64,000 nt of DNA. Origin: Candidatus Stammera capleta (lineage in GTDB: Bacteria; Pseudomonadota; Gammaproteobacteria; Enterobacterales; Enterobacteriaceae). The first letter of the stretch is position 1; each line of letters opens with the position of its first letter. Shown in pieces: positions 61,736 to 64,000 of the stretch. A program made the translations under genes and the position numbers. Below the pieces are notes generated by a model. The model did not search any database. It had not been told where the DNA came from and saw only the letters and a list, made by a program, of their open reading frames with translations. The stretch lies in the NCBI GenBank assembly GCA_036689395.1, contig CP144813.1, forward strand, positions 9,252-73,251, given 5' to 3'.

Positions 61736-62122
61736 ATGAATAATTTAAAATCAAATTCTTTAGGAAAAATATTAAAAAAAGCTAGAAAATCTTTAAATTT
61801 ATCTAAAAAAGATATATCTAAAAAATTATGTCTTAAGTTAGATATTATAAAAAATATAGAAAAAGATATATTATCTTCTAATATACCTTTAGTTTTTTTA
61901 TATGGATATATATATTCTTATGCTCGTTTAATTAATATTCCTAAAAAAAAGATATTTTTTTTTTTAAAAAAATATAAAATTGATAATAATATTAATAGTA
62001 GCTTTATTAATGAAAATTCTTATTTTAATATAATTAAAAAGTTTATATTTTTAAATTATTTTTATATTATTAAGTTATTTATTTTTATTGTATTAGGATT
62101 TATTTATTTTTATAGTATTTAA
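61736..62122 (+). CDS. rodZ: cytoskeleton protein RodZ, truncated form (HTH plus TM, 128 aa)
   Basis: LGKILKKARKSLNLSKKDISKKLCLKLDIIKNIEKD..FLYGYIYSYARLINIP compares with E. coli [48 protein letters not shown]. It ends with a hydrophobic helix. It lies upstream of hisS, as in E. coli. Confidence 0.85.
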   Translation: MNNLKSNSLGKILKKARKSLNLSKKDISKKLCLKLDIIKNIEKDILSSNIPLVFLYGYIYSYARLINIPKKKIFFFLKKYKIDNNINSSFINENSYFNIIKKFIFLNYFYIIKLFIFIVLGFIYFYSI

Positions 62123-62144
62123 AATTTTTATTAATTAAATATTT

Positions 62145-63437
62145 ATGGATAAATTAAAAATAAAACCTTTAAAAGGTATACATGATTATTTTTTAAATAA
62201 TATATATTTATTAAATTATATAGAAAAATCTTTTAGAGATATTATTTCTTTATTTTCTTTTGAAGAAATAAGATTACCAATTTTAGAAAGAAAAGAATTA
62301 TTTAATAAATGTATAAATAAAGATTATGAAATTTTTTCTAAAGAAATGTATTCTTTAAAAGATAATAATAATATTATTTTAGGATTAAAACCTGAAGGTA
62401 CTGTAAGTTGTTTAAGAGCTTATATACAAAATAAATTATATTTAAATAATTTTTTAAATAAATTTTGATATATTGGTCCTATGTTTAGATATGAAAATAC
62501 GCAAAAAGGACGTTTTAGACAATTTTATCAAATTGGATTAGAATTATATGGAAGTTTAAATATTGGAATGGATATAGAATTATTATTAATAATAAAATAT
62601 TTTTTTAAGAAATTAAATATTTATAATTTTTTGTATTTAGAGATTAATACTATTGGTTCTTTTTGTGATAGAAAGAAATATATTAATTTTATAAAAAATA
62701 ATTATAATAAAATTATTTTAAATAAATTAAGTATTAATAAAAATATAAATTATTTTAAATTAATTGATAAAAAAGATAAAAAATTTTTAGATATATTAAA
62801 TAATATTCCTAAATTTAGAAAATTTATTAATAAAAAATCTTTAAATAATTTTTATAATATATGTAGAAAACTTGATTGTTTAAATATAAAATATAAAATA
62901 AATTATAATTTAGTAAGAGGTATAAATTATTATAATGATTTTGTTTTTGAATGAAAAATAAAAAAAAAATATATTTATGGAAGTAATAATACTATTTGTG
63001 CGGGAGGAAGATATAATAGTCTTTCTAAAAATATATCTACTTTATCTATACCTTCTATAGGTTGTGCTATAGGATTAGAAAGGTTAATTATTTTTTTAAA
63101 AGAAAATAATATAAAAAATATTGTAAATAAAAATATTGATATATATATAATATCTTCTTATAATAATAAATCCATATTATTAGGAATGTTAATATTTAAA
63201 AGAATATTAAATTCTAATTTAAATAATTTAAAAATTTATAATGATCATAAACTATATAATAATTTAAGTAATATACTTAAAAAAATATTAAAAAATAATG
63301 TACGTATATTAATAATTATAGATAAAAAAGAAATATGTGGAAATTATATAACTATAAAAGATTTATATTATAATAAACAAAAAAAAGTTAATTTTTTTTG
63401 TTTAATTAAAACTATAAATAATTTTTTAAAATTATAA
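62145..63437 (+). CDS. hisS: histidyl-tRNA synthetase, 430 aa, TGA=Trp at 62466 and 62952
   Basis: Three track ORFs are in one frame. LKPEGT.SCLRAY..FW(TGA)YIGPMFRYENTQKGRFRQFYQIG..VRGINYYND.VFEW(TGA)..ICAGGRYN..GCAIGLERL matches class II HisRS motifs. Confidence 0.94.
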
Positions 63438-63440
63438 TTT

Positions 63441-64000
63441 ATGTTAAATATAGCTATAGTTGGTAATTCTAATGTTGGTAAAACTAGTTTGTTTAATTTT
63501 TTAACTGGTACTAATTTTTCTTTTTCAAATAAGTTTAAATATTTTACTTTAGATTATAATTATGGGTTTTTAAGTAAAAATAATGATATTATAAATAAGA
63601 ATATTATTTTTATTGATACAAATAGTATATTAAAATTTATTTTTTTTAATAATAAGAAAAAGTATTATAATGATAATTTTTTGTTAAATTTAAAAAAAAA
63701 ATTTTTATTTATAATTAAAAATGTTGATTTTATTTTTTTTTTAATTGATTCACGTATTATTACAGATAAAGATAAATATTTGTCAAGATATTTAATTAAA
63801 TATAATAAAAATATAATACTTTTATTAACTAAAAAAGATTTAAATAATAATTTTATATTAAGTATAAATCATTTTTATTGTTTAAAAATAAAATATATTT
63901 TTTATATATCTATATATGATGATAACAGTATTTTTATATTTTTGAATAAATTATTTAATAAAAAAAAAATAATAAGTAAAAATAAGAAATTTTATATAAA
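63441..64000 (+). CDS. der: GTPase Der (EngA), N-terminal part; continues beyond the window end
   Basis: MLNIAIVGNSNVGKTSLFNFLTG compares with E. coli IALVGRPNVGKSTLFNRLT. DTNS and TKKD G-motif remnants follow. Its position after hisS follows the E. coli order hisS..der. Confidence 0.85.
   Translation, partial: MLNIAIVGNSNVGKTSLFNFLTGTNFSFSNKFKYFTLDYNYGFLSKNNDIINKNIIFIDTNSILKFIFFNNKKKYYNDNFLLNLKKKFLFIIKNVDFIFFLIDSRIITDKDKYLSRYLIKYNKNIILLLTKKDLNNNFILSINHFYCLKIKYIFYISIYDDNSIFIFLNKLFNKKKIISKNKKFYI

Overview
This window looks like part of an extremely A+T-rich, highly reduced bacterial endosymbiont genome. I could place no mobile elements, CRISPR arrays, defence systems or foreign cassettes.

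**Gene content**
- About 80 protein genes, almost all core information processing. They include a contiguous str-S10-spc-alpha ribosomal protein block (rpsL to rplQ, 25912-43348).
- Other identifiable genes: nusA-infB-rbfA-truB, ftsH, def-fmt, dnaK-dnaJ-grpE, glyQS, ileS, hisS, tsaB/tsaE, miaA, mnmA, hflX and der.
- One rRNA operon (16S, tRNA-Glu, 23S, 5S, tRNA-Asp, tRNA-Gly), four further tRNAs, and a tmRNA next to smpB.
- A complete cell-elongation (Rod) gene set: mreBCD, mrdA, rodA, dacA and rodZ.
- The 16S signatures and local gene order resemble E. coli with many clean deletions, so I infer an Enterobacterales-derived gammaproteobacterial symbiont. I cannot name the organism.

**Main observations**
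1. TGA is read as Trp. The supplied standard-code ORF track fragments dozens of intact genes exactly at TGA. These TGAs fall on Trp residues conserved in the E. coli orthologues. Every terminator I could place is TAA or TAG.
2. Three essential-type genes are out of frame in the sequence as given.
   - nusA breaks inside an A16 tract.
   - rlmE breaks inside an A12 tract directly after its ATG.
   - rpsC (S3) breaks at a TGG-TTT-T site followed by an immediate 0-frame stop.
3. pgi keeps a 555-codon open frame but has lost three canonical catalytic residues.
4. The leuU-type tRNA-Leu carries the anticodon AAG.
5. MreB stays very close to the E. coli sequence while its partner proteins are heavily degraded in composition.
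6. Smaller items: tandem repeats, spacers almost free of G+C, lost operon members, rRNA processing stems, and tRNA genes without an encoded CCA.

**Limits**
Everything was done by eye and from memory of E. coli sequences, with no searches or software. RNA ends are accurate to a few nucleotides. Most multi-piece genes were checked by frame arithmetic at their piece boundaries and ends. Complete or gap-by-gap codon reads were done for ftsH, fmt, mnmA, dacA, rodA, mrdA, pgi, glyS, the infB C-terminal part and parts of nusA. For ileS only the 3' ~1.1 kb was read codon by codon.
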